DNA of 64,000 bases from positions 64,001 to 128,000 of the forward strand of contig JAUVNS010000012.1 of NCBI GenBank assembly GCA_030599585.1. Direction: 5' to 3'. The translations under genes were made by a program, and so were the position numbers. This document shows, piece by piece, positions 1 through 9,609 of this stretch. Positions within the stretch are counted from its first letter, which is position 1. The number at the start of each line of letters is the position of its first letter. Under the pieces are notes generated by a model. The model ran no database searches. It worked only from the letters and a program-made list of their open reading frames with translations, and was not told the DNA's origin. Source of the stretch: Promethearchaeota archaeon. GTDB lineage: Archaea; Asgardarchaeota; Lokiarchaeia; Sigyniarchaeales; SOKP01.

Positions 1-178
1 CTGGAAAGCGACTATCTTCATTTAATTCAAGTACAGAGAGATTGCATTTTATTAGTGCTTCTACATATTTTGAATGCTGTAGTAAAGCCCTTTGATAATC
101 AGGCTTTCCTAAATTGGATGTAGAAATCCCAAATTGAAAATTTTTGCATGGTTTCCTGACTATTGCATGTTTAAACAT
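1..178 (-). CDS. Dimethylarginine dimethylaminohydrolase (DDAH)/amidinotransferase family, 5' part (runs off window start)
   Basis: Manual translation from ATG at 178: MFKHAIVRKPCKNFQFGISTSNLGKPDYQRALLQHSKYVEALIKCNLSVLELNEDSRFP, matching the DDAH N-terminus pattern (AIVRxP...GxPDY..AL.QH..Y..AL...FP). Not in the ORF track. Confidence 0.8.
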   Translation of the reverse strand, partial: MFKHAIVRKPCKNFQFGISTSNLGKPDYQRALLQHSKYVEALIKCNLSVLELNEDSRFP

Positions 179-317
179 AATTTTAACAATTTATTTATAC
201 ACTTTATTTGAATTTTTATTTGTTTAGCTTTAACTACAGATAATTCTTATTAAGTTTAATTTTCTTGTGTAAAGAAACAGAGTTATATAAATTTCATAAA
301 TAATTTTATTAAATGAT

Positions 318-1424
318 ATGCTGAAGGTTGGAATTATTGGAACGGGGGTCATTTTCGATTTAAATGTTCTTGGATACTTGAATAATAAAGATGTTGAAAT
401 TACAAGCTTATGCAATAGAACTATAGATAAAGCTAAAGCTAAAATTAAAAAATTCAATCTACATAAGGATACCCGAATATATTCTGACTACAAAAAAATG
501 CTAGATAATGAACAATTAGATTTAATAGAGATTTTACTTCCCCATCATCTCCACGCAGATGCTACTATTTATGCTGCTAAAAAAGGAATTAAGGCAATAT
601 CGGTCCAAAAGCCTATGGCTTTAAATCTTGAACAGGCAGACGAAATGATCGAAGAGTGTAAAAAATCTCAATCAATATTATCAATCTATGAAAATTTCAT
701 GTTTGCTCCACATATTTTAAAAGCTAAAGAGCTATTAGATGCAGATTACATTGGTGATCCGTCCTCAATTCGAATTAAAACTGCTATGGGTGCTACGGGA
801 GGTTGGAAAGTTCCAGAAAGTGCTAACGAATGGAGAAAAGATCCAGATATGATTGGTGGTACCGAAAAAGGTTCGCCTGTTTTATTAGATAACGGTTGGC
901 ACGCTTTTGTTTTGGCATCCTGGTTTTTTGGAGAAGAAATCGAAAAAGTATTTGCCTGGACAGGTAATTATAAAGGTTTAGATGCACCAGCTTATGTGAT
1001 GTTCAAATATAAGCAAAGTAGAGAACATGTAGTACCTCAATATGGACATATGGAATTTTCTCTGATGCCAGAGATGCAAATTCCCTCTAAATATTATCCG
1101 ACAGACGAATTTATAGAAATCATTGCAAGTAGGGGCATAATGAAAATTAACCAAGGGACATCTTTAGGAAACTTGATGTCAAATTCAAAAATTTTTGCTC
1201 CTATCGTCATAATTCGAGACGGAAAAGTAGAAACTTACGAAAATTTTGACAATGATTGGAAAAATAGCTTTATAGGAGCCACGAAACATTTAATAGATGT
1301 TGCTAAAGGCATAAAAGAACCAATATTATCTGGAGAAGATGCGAGAGAGATTCTAAAATTTAATTTAGCAGCAATAAAATCAACTCAAATAAGCAAAGAG
1401 GTTGTAATTGACAGCTTTATTTAG
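318..1424 (+). CDS. Gfo/Idh/MocA family NAD(P)-dependent oxidoreductase
   Basis: N-terminal Rossmann VGIIGTG, P..LH motif, VQKP (EKP-like) motif, LLDNGWH catalytic region. Confidence 0.9.
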   Translation: MLKVGIIGTGVIFDLNVLGYLNNKDVEITSLCNRTIDKAKAKIKKFNLHKDTRIYSDYKKMLDNEQLDLIEILLPHHLHADATIYAAKKGIKAISVQKPMALNLEQADEMIEECKKSQSILSIYENFMFAPHILKAKELLDADYIGDPSSIRIKTAMGATGGWKVPESANEWRKDPDMIGGTEKGSPVLLDNGWHAFVLASWFFGEEIEKVFAWTGNYKGLDAPAYVMFKYKQSREHVVPQYGHMEFSLMPEMQIPSKYYPTDEFIEIIASRGIMKINQGTSLGNLMSNSKIFAPIVIIRDGKVETYENFDNDWKNSFIGATKHLIDVAKGIKEPILSGEDAREILKFNLAAIKSTQISKEVVIDSFI

Positions 1425-1444
1425 TAAAATTATTTGAATAAAGA

Positions 1445-2701
1445 CTAGCGATCGTATTGATATCTAAATATTTTATTTTCTAATCCCTTTTTTATGCCTT
1501 CTTTCAAATCTTTACGAGATCTTCTATAATACTTGATCATTCCAGAATCGTCTAAGTCTTTTGGTGTTTCTACGATACAGGATTGATTTTTCTCGTTTTC
1601 TGAGGTGATTTCGTTCCAATTAACTTCCTCCTTTCTTTGCTGAGAGATAAAAGGCATTTTAGCAAAAATACACAAATTTCTCCCTTGTTCTCCAGTATAT
1701 ATGGGATCAGTTCCTTTTTTAATCGCGTCAATAAAATGTTCCGTTGAATTTATGAAAGAATAACGCCAGTCGCGAGGTAAATCTTCGCCGTAAACATTAA
1801 CTTTTCCATTGCTATAAACTACAATGGGAGGATTTTGCGGAGTTTTAGATATAATATTTCCTCCCGAAGTACATTGGTTAATCCACATCATCCCTTTCGT
1901 TCCGGATATTTCGATGAATTCATCGCAATTGTAGTAATTACTCGGATAATAAAGATTAGGAGCGAGAGTAAATTGCATTGAACCAAATTTTGGAGGATCA
2001 CTGTCGCTTTTGTTTGGATATTTCCAGAAAATTATGCTTGGTGAATCCATGAAGGTTGCAAAATAATCTATCCAACTATAGACCTTTTCAACTCTTTCTT
2101 GACCCATTAACCACAAGGCCATAGAAAATTTGTGAATTCCATCGTCGTATATCCAAGTGCCTCCTCCACATGTATCTACATTTATACGCCAAATTTCCGA
2201 TTTAAGGCCAACATGCATACTAGGACCTCCTGTACCAATGGTATTTATCCTGAAATTTAAAAGCTCTCCAATTACTCCATTATCTAATAACTCTTTTGCT
2301 TTCAAATAAACGGGATAAAATCTAAAATTTTCGAATAGTTTAAGCGTAACTCCTTCGTCCTTGCAAACTGAAATCATTTTTTCGCAGCCTGTAATAGTAT
2401 GTGCCATCGGTTTTTGTACAGATATTCCAGAAACTCCCGCTTTTGCGCAATATTCCGTCATGGGAGCGTGAAGGTTGTGAGGCGTGAGTATCTCTACAAT
2501 ATCTAAATCTTCACGATCTATCATTTCTTTGTAATTAAGGTAGATTTTCGTTGTGCGTAATCCCCATCTTTCCAACTTTTTGCCAGCTGTTTTAATATCA
2601 ATATCGCTTACAGCTACTAGATCGGCGTCTTGCGAGCGAATGTATCCTAACACGTTTAGATTTGCAATATCGCCTGTGCCAATAATTCCAACTTTTAGCA
2701 T
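1445..2701 (-). CDS. Gfo/Idh/MocA family oxidoreductase (paralog of 318..1424)
   Basis: MLKVGIIGTG, TPHNLH, VQKPMA, ENFRF, YDDGIH. Confidence 0.9.
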   Translation of the reverse strand: MLKVGIIGTGDIANLNVLGYIRSQDADLVAVSDIDIKTAGKKLERWGLRTTKIYLNYKEMIDREDLDIVEILTPHNLHAPMTEYCAKAGVSGISVQKPMAHTITGCEKMISVCKDEGVTLKLFENFRFYPVYLKAKELLDNGVIGELLNFRINTIGTGGPSMHVGLKSEIWRINVDTCGGGTWIYDDGIHKFSMALWLMGQERVEKVYSWIDYFATFMDSPSIIFWKYPNKSDSDPPKFGSMQFTLAPNLYYPSNYYNCDEFIEISGTKGMMWINQCTSGGNIISKTPQNPPIVVYSNGKVNVYGEDLPRDWRYSFINSTEHFIDAIKKGTDPIYTGEQGRNLCIFAKMPFISQQRKEEVNWNEITSENEKNQSCIVETPKDLDDSGMIKYYRRSRKDLKEGIKKGLENKIFRYQYDR

Positions 2702-2920
2702 TTTCTAAAATTACAGATAAATTACAGATTATTTGTTTTAATTTGCTCAAAATTAAAAAGTTTTAGATGAAGGTTAACCACCTTCCAATCTATCAGAATC
2801 ATATTATCTTAATATTTTTAGTATATGAAGCGACAAAAAATAAACCTTTAAATAAACTAACAAAGAAATCTAAACTATAGTCTCATTATTGTATTAATTA
2901 ATATAAGGTTGAAATAAAAA

Positions 2921-3349
2921 ATGGTTGACGAAAATTTAGTAAAAGAGTTAAAAGAAATGAGAGAAAAGGGTCCTAGTAAACCCTCAGATGCTCTCAAAAT
3001 GTACGAATTTGTTAAGCAAATGGTTGATGAAAGCGAGGATTTAAAAGAAGAACTAGATGACATTGATACCATGGTTGTTCAACTCATAGTTACAGACGCT
3101 GATTTTAAATATTGGGTAAAATTGGGGGACGGGAAAGTGGATTATGGAGAGGGAGATGGTGATGATCCGAGTGTTACCATGTCTGCAACAGGTGCAACTT
3201 GGTCAGGGCTGTCCTCTGGTGAGATGGACTCAACTAGCGCTTATATGTCAGGTGATTTAGTAATAGACGGAAACTTGCAAGATGCAATCGCCTATGGAGA
3301 GATCCTCGCTATTGCTATGGAGGAAGGCGCGCAATATTTTGAGAAGTAA
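2921..3349 (+). CDS. SCP2 sterol/lipid-binding domain protein
   Basis: C-terminal SCP2 signature (G.MD...AYMSG.L.I.GN...A); acidic 142 aa. Confidence 0.85.
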   Translation: MVDENLVKELKEMREKGPSKPSDALKMYEFVKQMVDESEDLKEELDDIDTMVVQLIVTDADFKYWVKLGDGKVDYGEGDGDDPSVTMSATGATWSGLSSGEMDSTSAYMSGDLVIDGNLQDAIAYGEILAIAMEEGAQYFEK

Positions 3350-3455
3350 ACCTCCAGCTACGCAGAATTACGAATTTTTTTTTTTCTATTTTTAACGCAA
3401 GAATTTTCAAGTTAAAGTAAAAAATTAAGAATTTAGTAAAAAAATATCTTATAAT

Positions 3456-5510
3456 TTATTCCAAATAATCAATTTCTCCTTGGAGTCGAATATCTCTCGA
3501 AGAACTTCCGACTAGTATATTGAAAGCACCAGTTTCAACAACCCAAGAATTGACTGCTTCGTCATAAAAGGAAAGATCCTCTTTTTTCAACTCAAATATA
3601 ACTGTTTTTGTTTCGTTGGGATGTAGAGAGACTTTTTCAAACCTTTTTAACTCTTTGGTTGGCCTTTCTATGCTTGATTTAACATCTTGTATGTATAATT
3701 GAACAATTTCCTTTCCTTCAATTTTTCCGGAGTTAGTGACATCAATGGATACTTTAATTACATCATTATTTTTTATTTTTTTCTTGTCAATCATTAAGTT
3801 TTCGTAACTGAAAGAGGTGTACGATAAACCGAAACCAAACGGGAAAAGTGGTTCAATACTTTTCTTATCAAAATGGCGATAACCAACAAATATACCCTCG
3901 TCATAAAACACCTTGTCATCACCTGGAAATGTTCTTTTAGAAACATGGGCGGGCGAATCTGATAATTTTTTTGGAAAAGTTAGTGTTAGTTTTCCAGAAG
4001 GATTGGTGTCCCCAAAAATTACGCTTGCAATCGCTCTTCCAGCTTCCATACCTCCATACCATGCTTCAACAACAGAAGATACATTATCTATCCAGCTATT
4101 CATGGCTATTGGGCTTCCGTTGATTAGAACTATAATCGTATTAGCACACTCATTCGCAGTTTTTTGTATTAGTTCAATCTGTTCGCTAGGTAATTCAAAG
4201 GATTTCTTATCTTCGCCCTCAGCGTCCATACCGGGGTTATGATTTAATCCAGCAAATATAATTGTTGCATCAGCTTCTGATGGTATTTTCGTGAGTTCTA
4301 CTTGGTTCAAACATTTTTCCTTTAATCCATCAAGAGGACTAATCTTGTAAGGAGGATAATTAATCGAACTACCCCCGCTAGACATAATATCATCTCCCTC
4401 TGTTCTTAAGTTTGCGTTCGGACCAAGCACAGCAATTTTTTTTATTTCATTAATGTTTAATGGTAAACTGGCGTTATCGTTTTTCAAGAGGACAATTCCT
4501 TCTTCTGTAATCTTACGTGCTATTGCTTGATGTTCCGGAGTATTTCTACTACCTTTAGGTACTGCTTTCTCATCGTCGTACAATCCAACAAGAAACATAA
4601 CTCTAATTAATCTTCTAATGTTATCATTCAGATCTTCTTCCGTGAATCCTCCTTCCTGAAAGGCTTTTCTCATATTTGTCTTGTTATATTTTTTTGCAGT
4701 AGGCATCTCAAGAGAGAGTCCAGCCTTAACGCATTCTGCAGTACTTGTAGAAGCAGTTGCATTCCAATCAGAGACGGTAAATCCTCTAAAACCCCATTCT
4801 TCTATCAATCTTTCTTTCAATAAATTGACATTTTCCGATCCATAGATTCCATTTACCTTGTTATAACATGTCATAAAAGACCACGCATCTGCTTCCAGAA
4901 CTGTTGCTTTGAAAGCGGGCAGGTATATTTCTTGCAATGCTCTCTCGCTTACTTCGGTACTAACCGTAAATCTGTTTGTTTCTTGATTATTGCATACAAA
5001 ATGTTTCACACAAGCTGCTATTCTTTGACTTTGAATTCCTTTAACAGTAGCTACCGCTAGAATCTTGTTTAAGTAGGGATCTTCTGTTTGATATTCAAAA
5101 GTTCTACCATTCATTGGAGTTCTTTGAATATTAATTCCAGGAGCTAATAACATATGCGCCCCAACATCTCGAACCTCTTCCCCCACTGCTTTTCCAAATT
5201 CATATGAAAGATTTGGATTCCATGTGGCAGCCCTACATATAGCGGAAGGGAAGTATGTGGATTTTATTTCTCCCAAAGTGTCAGCTCGAACGCCGTGAGG
5301 TCCATCGTACATGGTGAAAGGTTTAACACCTAATCTTTTAATAGGTTTCGTATGCCACATTCGCCTACCTGAACTTAATTTAAATTTCTCCTCTAATGTC
5401 AATCTCCCTAATAAATCCTCAACTCTTTTTTCTAAATCAAGATTCTTGTCCATAAATGGGAATCTTTGAATTTGGTCTTCTGAATATTTTTCGCTCATTT
5501 TCGTTACCAC
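3456..5510 (-). CDS. Glycoside hydrolase family 3 beta-glucosidase (GH3 N + C + Fn3-like)
   Basis: DGPHGVR, PGINIQRTP..GR.FEY.TEDP, KHFVCN, SDW nucleophile motif, VGYRHF, FPFGFGLSYT; start may be the ATG of MSEKYS. Confidence 0.95.
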   Translation of the reverse strand: MVTKMSEKYSEDQIQRFPFMDKNLDLEKRVEDLLGRLTLEEKFKLSSGRRMWHTKPIKRLGVKPFTMYDGPHGVRADTLGEIKSTYFPSAICRAATWNPNLSYEFGKAVGEEVRDVGAHMLLAPGINIQRTPMNGRTFEYQTEDPYLNKILAVATVKGIQSQRIAACVKHFVCNNQETNRFTVSTEVSERALQEIYLPAFKATVLEADAWSFMTCYNKVNGIYGSENVNLLKERLIEEWGFRGFTVSDWNATASTSTAECVKAGLSLEMPTAKKYNKTNMRKAFQEGGFTEEDLNDNIRRLIRVMFLVGLYDDEKAVPKGSRNTPEHQAIARKITEEGIVLLKNDNASLPLNINEIKKIAVLGPNANLRTEGDDIMSSGGSSINYPPYKISPLDGLKEKCLNQVELTKIPSEADATIIFAGLNHNPGMDAEGEDKKSFELPSEQIELIQKTANECANTIIVLINGSPIAMNSWIDNVSSVVEAWYGGMEAGRAIASVIFGDTNPSGKLTLTFPKKLSDSPAHVSKRTFPGDDKVFYDEGIFVGYRHFDKKSIEPLFPFGFGLSYTSFSYENLMIDKKKIKNNDVIKVSIDVTNSGKIEGKEIVQLYIQDVKSSIERPTKELKRFEKVSLHPNETKTVIFELKKEDLSFYDEAVNSWVVETGAFNILVGSSSRDIRLQGEIDYLE

Positions 5511-5684
5511 TACCTAATACTTTAATTTTAAAATACAGAATAAAAAATAACTTTATCTGAATGAAAAAATTTATGATTTTATCAATATCACTCTTAATAC
5601 TATAAAGAATAGGATTTTGTTTTTAATAAATTAAAATCTTACTCGTTTAAAATAAAAAAAAAATTTAAAACGGAACTGAATGCT

Positions 5685-6425
5685 ATGACTATTCTATTAG
5701 ATTTATTGATTCTATTAATAACATTTATCTATGTGTTAGCTACTATTCTAATACCCGTCCAATTGAAAAAAAGAGACAAAATTACTAAATTTCAAGCTCG
5801 TAAAGCCGTACACCTATTTGCTGGGTTAGCAGTTTTATCAGCACCTTATTATTCCTGGTCATGGTGGGCTGTAATACTCGCTGGTTCAATGACACTTTTA
5901 ACTCTTCTTAGCTCAAAAAAAAGCGGCGTAAAACAATTAAAAGACTTGTACGATTCAATTGGAGAAGAAGCAGAAGAAAAAGTAGGTTATCTACAGGGAC
6001 CATTTCATTATTGCCTTTCAATTACATTATTGATTACGATTTTTGTTATTTTTGCGCCAGATCAGATGTATTTCCCAATTGCGGGAATTCTCTTGATGAT
6101 CATTTCAGATACGCTCGCATCGATCGTTGGTAAAAAATACGGTAAAAGAAAAATTAATCTCCCTTGGTTAAAGACTACTCGATCTTTAGAAGGCTCTATA
6201 GCTTTTTTTATTAGCGGTTTTATACTTTGCTTCTTTGCGTTCACCTTTTTAGGTGTTTCAAATCCTATAACACAAGTACATCTCTCACTTGGAGTTGCTC
6301 TATTATATTCACTAATTACTAGTGCTTTGGCGACCGTAATTGAATTAATCTCTCCATCGACATGGGACGATTTAACAATCCCTATTGCAACTGTGATATG
6401 TGTGTTCTTATTAACTCTAATTTAA
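5685..6425 (+). CDS. CTP-dependent prenol/dolichol/phytol kinase family membrane protein (SEC59/DGK1/VTE5-like)
   Basis: Multi-TM; RK.VH, D.LASIVG..YG, (K/R)SLEGS, DDLTIP motifs. Confidence 0.85.
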   Translation: MTILLDLLILLITFIYVLATILIPVQLKKRDKITKFQARKAVHLFAGLAVLSAPYYSWSWWAVILAGSMTLLTLLSSKKSGVKQLKDLYDSIGEEAEEKVGYLQGPFHYCLSITLLITIFVIFAPDQMYFPIAGILLMIISDTLASIVGKKYGKRKINLPWLKTTRSLEGSIAFFISGFILCFFAFTFLGVSNPITQVHLSLGVALLYSLITSALATVIELISPSTWDDLTIPIATVICVFLLTLI

Positions 6426-6454
6426 TCACTATTCTTATTTTTACTTAGATACTT

Positions 6455-7849
6455 ATGGAAAATTTAGATAAAAATTTTGATGTCATCGTCGTTGGAGCCG
6501 GAACTGGAGGGAGTATCGCTGCTCGGTTTGTATCCGAAAAAGGTTTAAAAGTCTGTCTTATTGATCGAAAAGATAAGAAAGACATTGGCAATAAAATATG
6601 TGGTGATGCTGTTGGAAACGAGATCTTTGATTTCCTGAAGATTAATCATCCGAAAAATGACGAGTTTTCTTGTCGAATTAAGGGTGCTAAATTATACTCA
6701 CCAGATCAAAAGAAATGCATTGATTTAACTGATCCAAAACAAGCGGGTTACATCATAAATAGATTAGAATTTGGACAACGATTACTTAACGAAGCTATTA
6801 ATTCAGGAGTAGATCAATTCCTAGATAAAACAATAGTTTTGGATTTGCTATATGACAAAAACATAGTGAATGGAGTAAATATAAAACTCAGTAGTGGTGA
6901 AAAAGTAGACCTACATTCCAAAATTTTGATAGATGCATCTGGATTCTACTCCCCTCTAAGAAAAAGAGCACGCGGTATGTTGGTTGAGAAAGAAATATCG
7001 AAAGAAGACAGTATCTTATGTTATAGAGAAATTGTTAAATTTTCCCCACATGATCTGAAAATTAAAAATCCGGATTATATTACAATAATAATAAATCAAG
7101 AGAAAGCACCAGGCGGTTACATATGGTACTTTCCTAAAAACGAATCCTCTGTCAATATTGGTTTAGGAACATATATGTCCATGAAAGGTAACGTAAAATC
7201 ACTATACCGACAAAATGTTTTTAACGAGTTTATAAAAACTTCTACATACGAAATTGTATCCTCTGGTGGTGGTGTAGTACCTGTCCGAAGGCCTTTATGG
7301 TCTTGCGCAGACGATGGAATTATGTTTATTGGGGATGCCGCTTGCCAAGTTAACCCCCTCCACGGTGGTGGCATCGATCCTTCAATGAGAGGTGGTTTTT
7401 TTGCTGCTAAAACTGCTGTAGCCGCAATTGAAAAAGAAGATTTCTCCATCAAAGCATTATGGAACTATAATTATCGTGTTATGACTAGTTTTGGAGCTGA
7501 ATTCGCTTCCTTAGATTTGTTACGAATGACGCTACAGGTCTTATCTAACGAAGAATTAAATTTTGCGTTAAAGCAAGACTTATTTAGCGGTAAAGAAATT
7601 CTCGAAATCTCTTCAACTGGAGAATTTGAACTCCCCTTACTCAGTATGGTAAGCAAAGCGTTCAAAGGGATTACTAAACCAAATTTATTGCTAGATTTGA
7701 ATTATTTAAGAATACGAATGAATGAAATTTCTAAATTATACAAGAATTTTCCCACGGATATTAATCAATTCGACGAATGGAAAAATCGTGCCATTCAGAT
7801 ATATGATAAGATCAAGAAAATGTTAATTAATACAAAAAAAAATAAATAA
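6455..7849 (+). CDS. Digeranylgeranylglycerophospholipid reductase (geranylgeranyl reductase family)
   Basis: GAGTGG FAD motif, K.CGDA, PGGY.W.FP, GDAA.QVNPLHGGGI; operon with GGGPS/DGGGPS. Confidence 0.9.
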   Translation: MENLDKNFDVIVVGAGTGGSIAARFVSEKGLKVCLIDRKDKKDIGNKICGDAVGNEIFDFLKINHPKNDEFSCRIKGAKLYSPDQKKCIDLTDPKQAGYIINRLEFGQRLLNEAINSGVDQFLDKTIVLDLLYDKNIVNGVNIKLSSGEKVDLHSKILIDASGFYSPLRKRARGMLVEKEISKEDSILCYREIVKFSPHDLKIKNPDYITIIINQEKAPGGYIWYFPKNESSVNIGLGTYMSMKGNVKSLYRQNVFNEFIKTSTYEIVSSGGGVVPVRRPLWSCADDGIMFIGDAACQVNPLHGGGIDPSMRGGFFAAKTAVAAIEKEDFSIKALWNYNYRVMTSFGAEFASLDLLRMTLQVLSNEELNFALKQDLFSGKEILEISSTGEFELPLLSMVSKAFKGITKPNLLLDLNYLRIRMNEISKLYKNFPTDINQFDEWKNRAIQIYDKIKKMLINTKKNK

Positions 7850-7876
7850 ATGATAATAAGTAAATAATTATAATAA

Positions 7877-8674
7877 GTGAATTTTATGACAAGCACCTAC
7901 GAATATCTAATAAATAAGATAAATCAAGATGGCACGCTCCACTTCTCTTTAATAGATCCTGATCCCACCAAACAAAGCCCTTCTAAAGCGGGAAGAATGG
8001 CGCTTTTCGCTGAACAAGCTGGAACCGATGCCATTTTAATTGGTGGAAGCACGGTATTTGACCAAAAATTCGTCGATGCGACAATTTTGGCCATAAAAGA
8101 AAAAGTTAAATTACCTATTATAATTTTTCCTGGGGGTGTTGCCAATCTTTCAAAAGAAGCGGATGCAATCTTATTTATGTCGATATTAAATTCAGAAGAC
8201 CCTTATTTTATAGTAGGCCAGCAAGCGCTTGCCTCCTATACTGTAAAAATGGCAAATCTCGAAATTTTATCTACCGGATACTTAATTGTAGAACCTGGTG
8301 GCACTGCTGGTTGGATAAGTAGGGCTAAACTACTTCCAAGAAAAAAACCTAAATTAACAGCAGCATATGCATTAGCTGCAGAATATTTTGGTTTCAAGTT
8401 TATATATCTAGAAGCTGGTTCAGGTAGCGAAAGAATGCCATCAGAAATTATTAGACTATGTTCAAGTATTTTAAATATTCCGATAATTGTGGGAGGCGGG
8501 GTAAGTTCTAAAGAAGATGCAAGAAGTTTTGTTGAAGCAGGAGCAGATATCATCGTAATGGGAACATTTATAGAAAATCAAATTTTAAAGGACGATGGGA
8601 ACGCCTTAAAAGCAATTATCGATGAAATAAAAGAATCCAGCAAAAATCGTAAAAAGAATTATAGTCTAAAATAA
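7877..8674 (+). CDS. Geranylgeranylglyceryl phosphate synthase (GGGPS)
   Basis: LIDPD, GTDAILIGGS, IIFPG, YLEAGSG, IVGGG motifs. Confidence 0.95.
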   Translation: MNFMTSTYEYLINKINQDGTLHFSLIDPDPTKQSPSKAGRMALFAEQAGTDAILIGGSTVFDQKFVDATILAIKEKVKLPIIIFPGGVANLSKEADAILFMSILNSEDPYFIVGQQALASYTVKMANLEILSTGYLIVEPGGTAGWISRAKLLPRKKPKLTAAYALAAEYFGFKFIYLEAGSGSERMPSEIIRLCSSILNIPIIVGGGVSSKEDARSFVEAGADIIVMGTFIENQILKDDGNALKAIIDEIKESSKNRKKNYSLK

Positions 8675-8694
8675 AAAAAATTACATTCTAATCT

Positions 8695-9567
8695 ATGAAG
8701 TTTAAAGACGCTATTGAGATAGCTCGACCTATTAATTGTTTAATGGGAGCTTTGACCGTAGTTATCGGTCTATTAAATACGCGGTTAAACGTACCCCCTG
8801 AGAAATTAATGATAAATATCATTCTAGGCGTTTTTATGTATATTTTCCTCGCAGCTTCAACCAATATTATCAATGATATTTACGATATCGAAATTGATAA
8901 AGTAAATAGACCAGAACGTCCTATTCCAAGAGGTTCAATAAGTTTAAAACAAGCTAAAGAATTATCTATTCTTTATCTTATCATCGCAATAATTCTGAGC
9001 CTACTAAATACTCTCATTTTTAGCTTAACCCTGATAAATTTAGCATTAGTATCTTTCTTCGGGTTTATCGGTTGGGTCTATGCAAAGTGGGGAAAGCGAA
9101 GCGGCTTTATTGGAAATGTCATCGTAGGTATTTCTTATTCGATTGGATTAGTTTATGGAGGGTATTTAAATGGCCCAATTATCCCTTCATATATCTTATT
9201 TTTCTTTTTAACCGCATTCTCTCTTTTAGTGGCTCGAGAGATTATAAAAGGCTGCGAAGACATAGAAGGAGATAAGATTCAAGGGGTTAAAACGTTAGCA
9301 ATTAAAATCGGAATTAAGGCTTCTAGAACTATATCAGTAATATTTGCCCTTTCAGCGATACTCTTTTTTATTTTACCAGTATTTACAAATATACTCAACA
9401 AATTCCTTTTCATTATTTTCATGGTTATTGGTTTAATCGAAGTAGGATACACGATTCTTCTAATGCTTACTTCTGATTTAAAACAAGAAGATTTAAAGAA
9501 AATCAGCTTATTACTAAAAATAGGAATGCTTTTAGGATTAATTGCTTTCTTATTTGCTAGTTTGTAG
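8695..9567 (+). CDS. Digeranylgeranylglyceryl phosphate synthase (UbiA family, DGGGPS)
   Basis: RP.N, NDIYDIEIDKVNRPERPIPRG, REIIKGCEDIEGD; multi-TM; follows GGGPS. Confidence 0.93.
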   Translation: MKFKDAIEIARPINCLMGALTVVIGLLNTRLNVPPEKLMINIILGVFMYIFLAASTNIINDIYDIEIDKVNRPERPIPRGSISLKQAKELSILYLIIAIILSLLNTLIFSLTLINLALVSFFGFIGWVYAKWGKRSGFIGNVIVGISYSIGLVYGGYLNGPIIPSYILFFFLTAFSLLVAREIIKGCEDIEGDKIQGVKTLAIKIGIKASRTISVIFALSAILFFILPVFTNILNKFLFIIFMVIGLIEVGYTILLMLTSDLKQEDLKKISLLLKIGMLLGLIAFLFASL

Positions 9568-9609
9568 CTTATTTCTTAGAAATATGCAGTTTTAGAGCCG
9601 TTAAAATAT

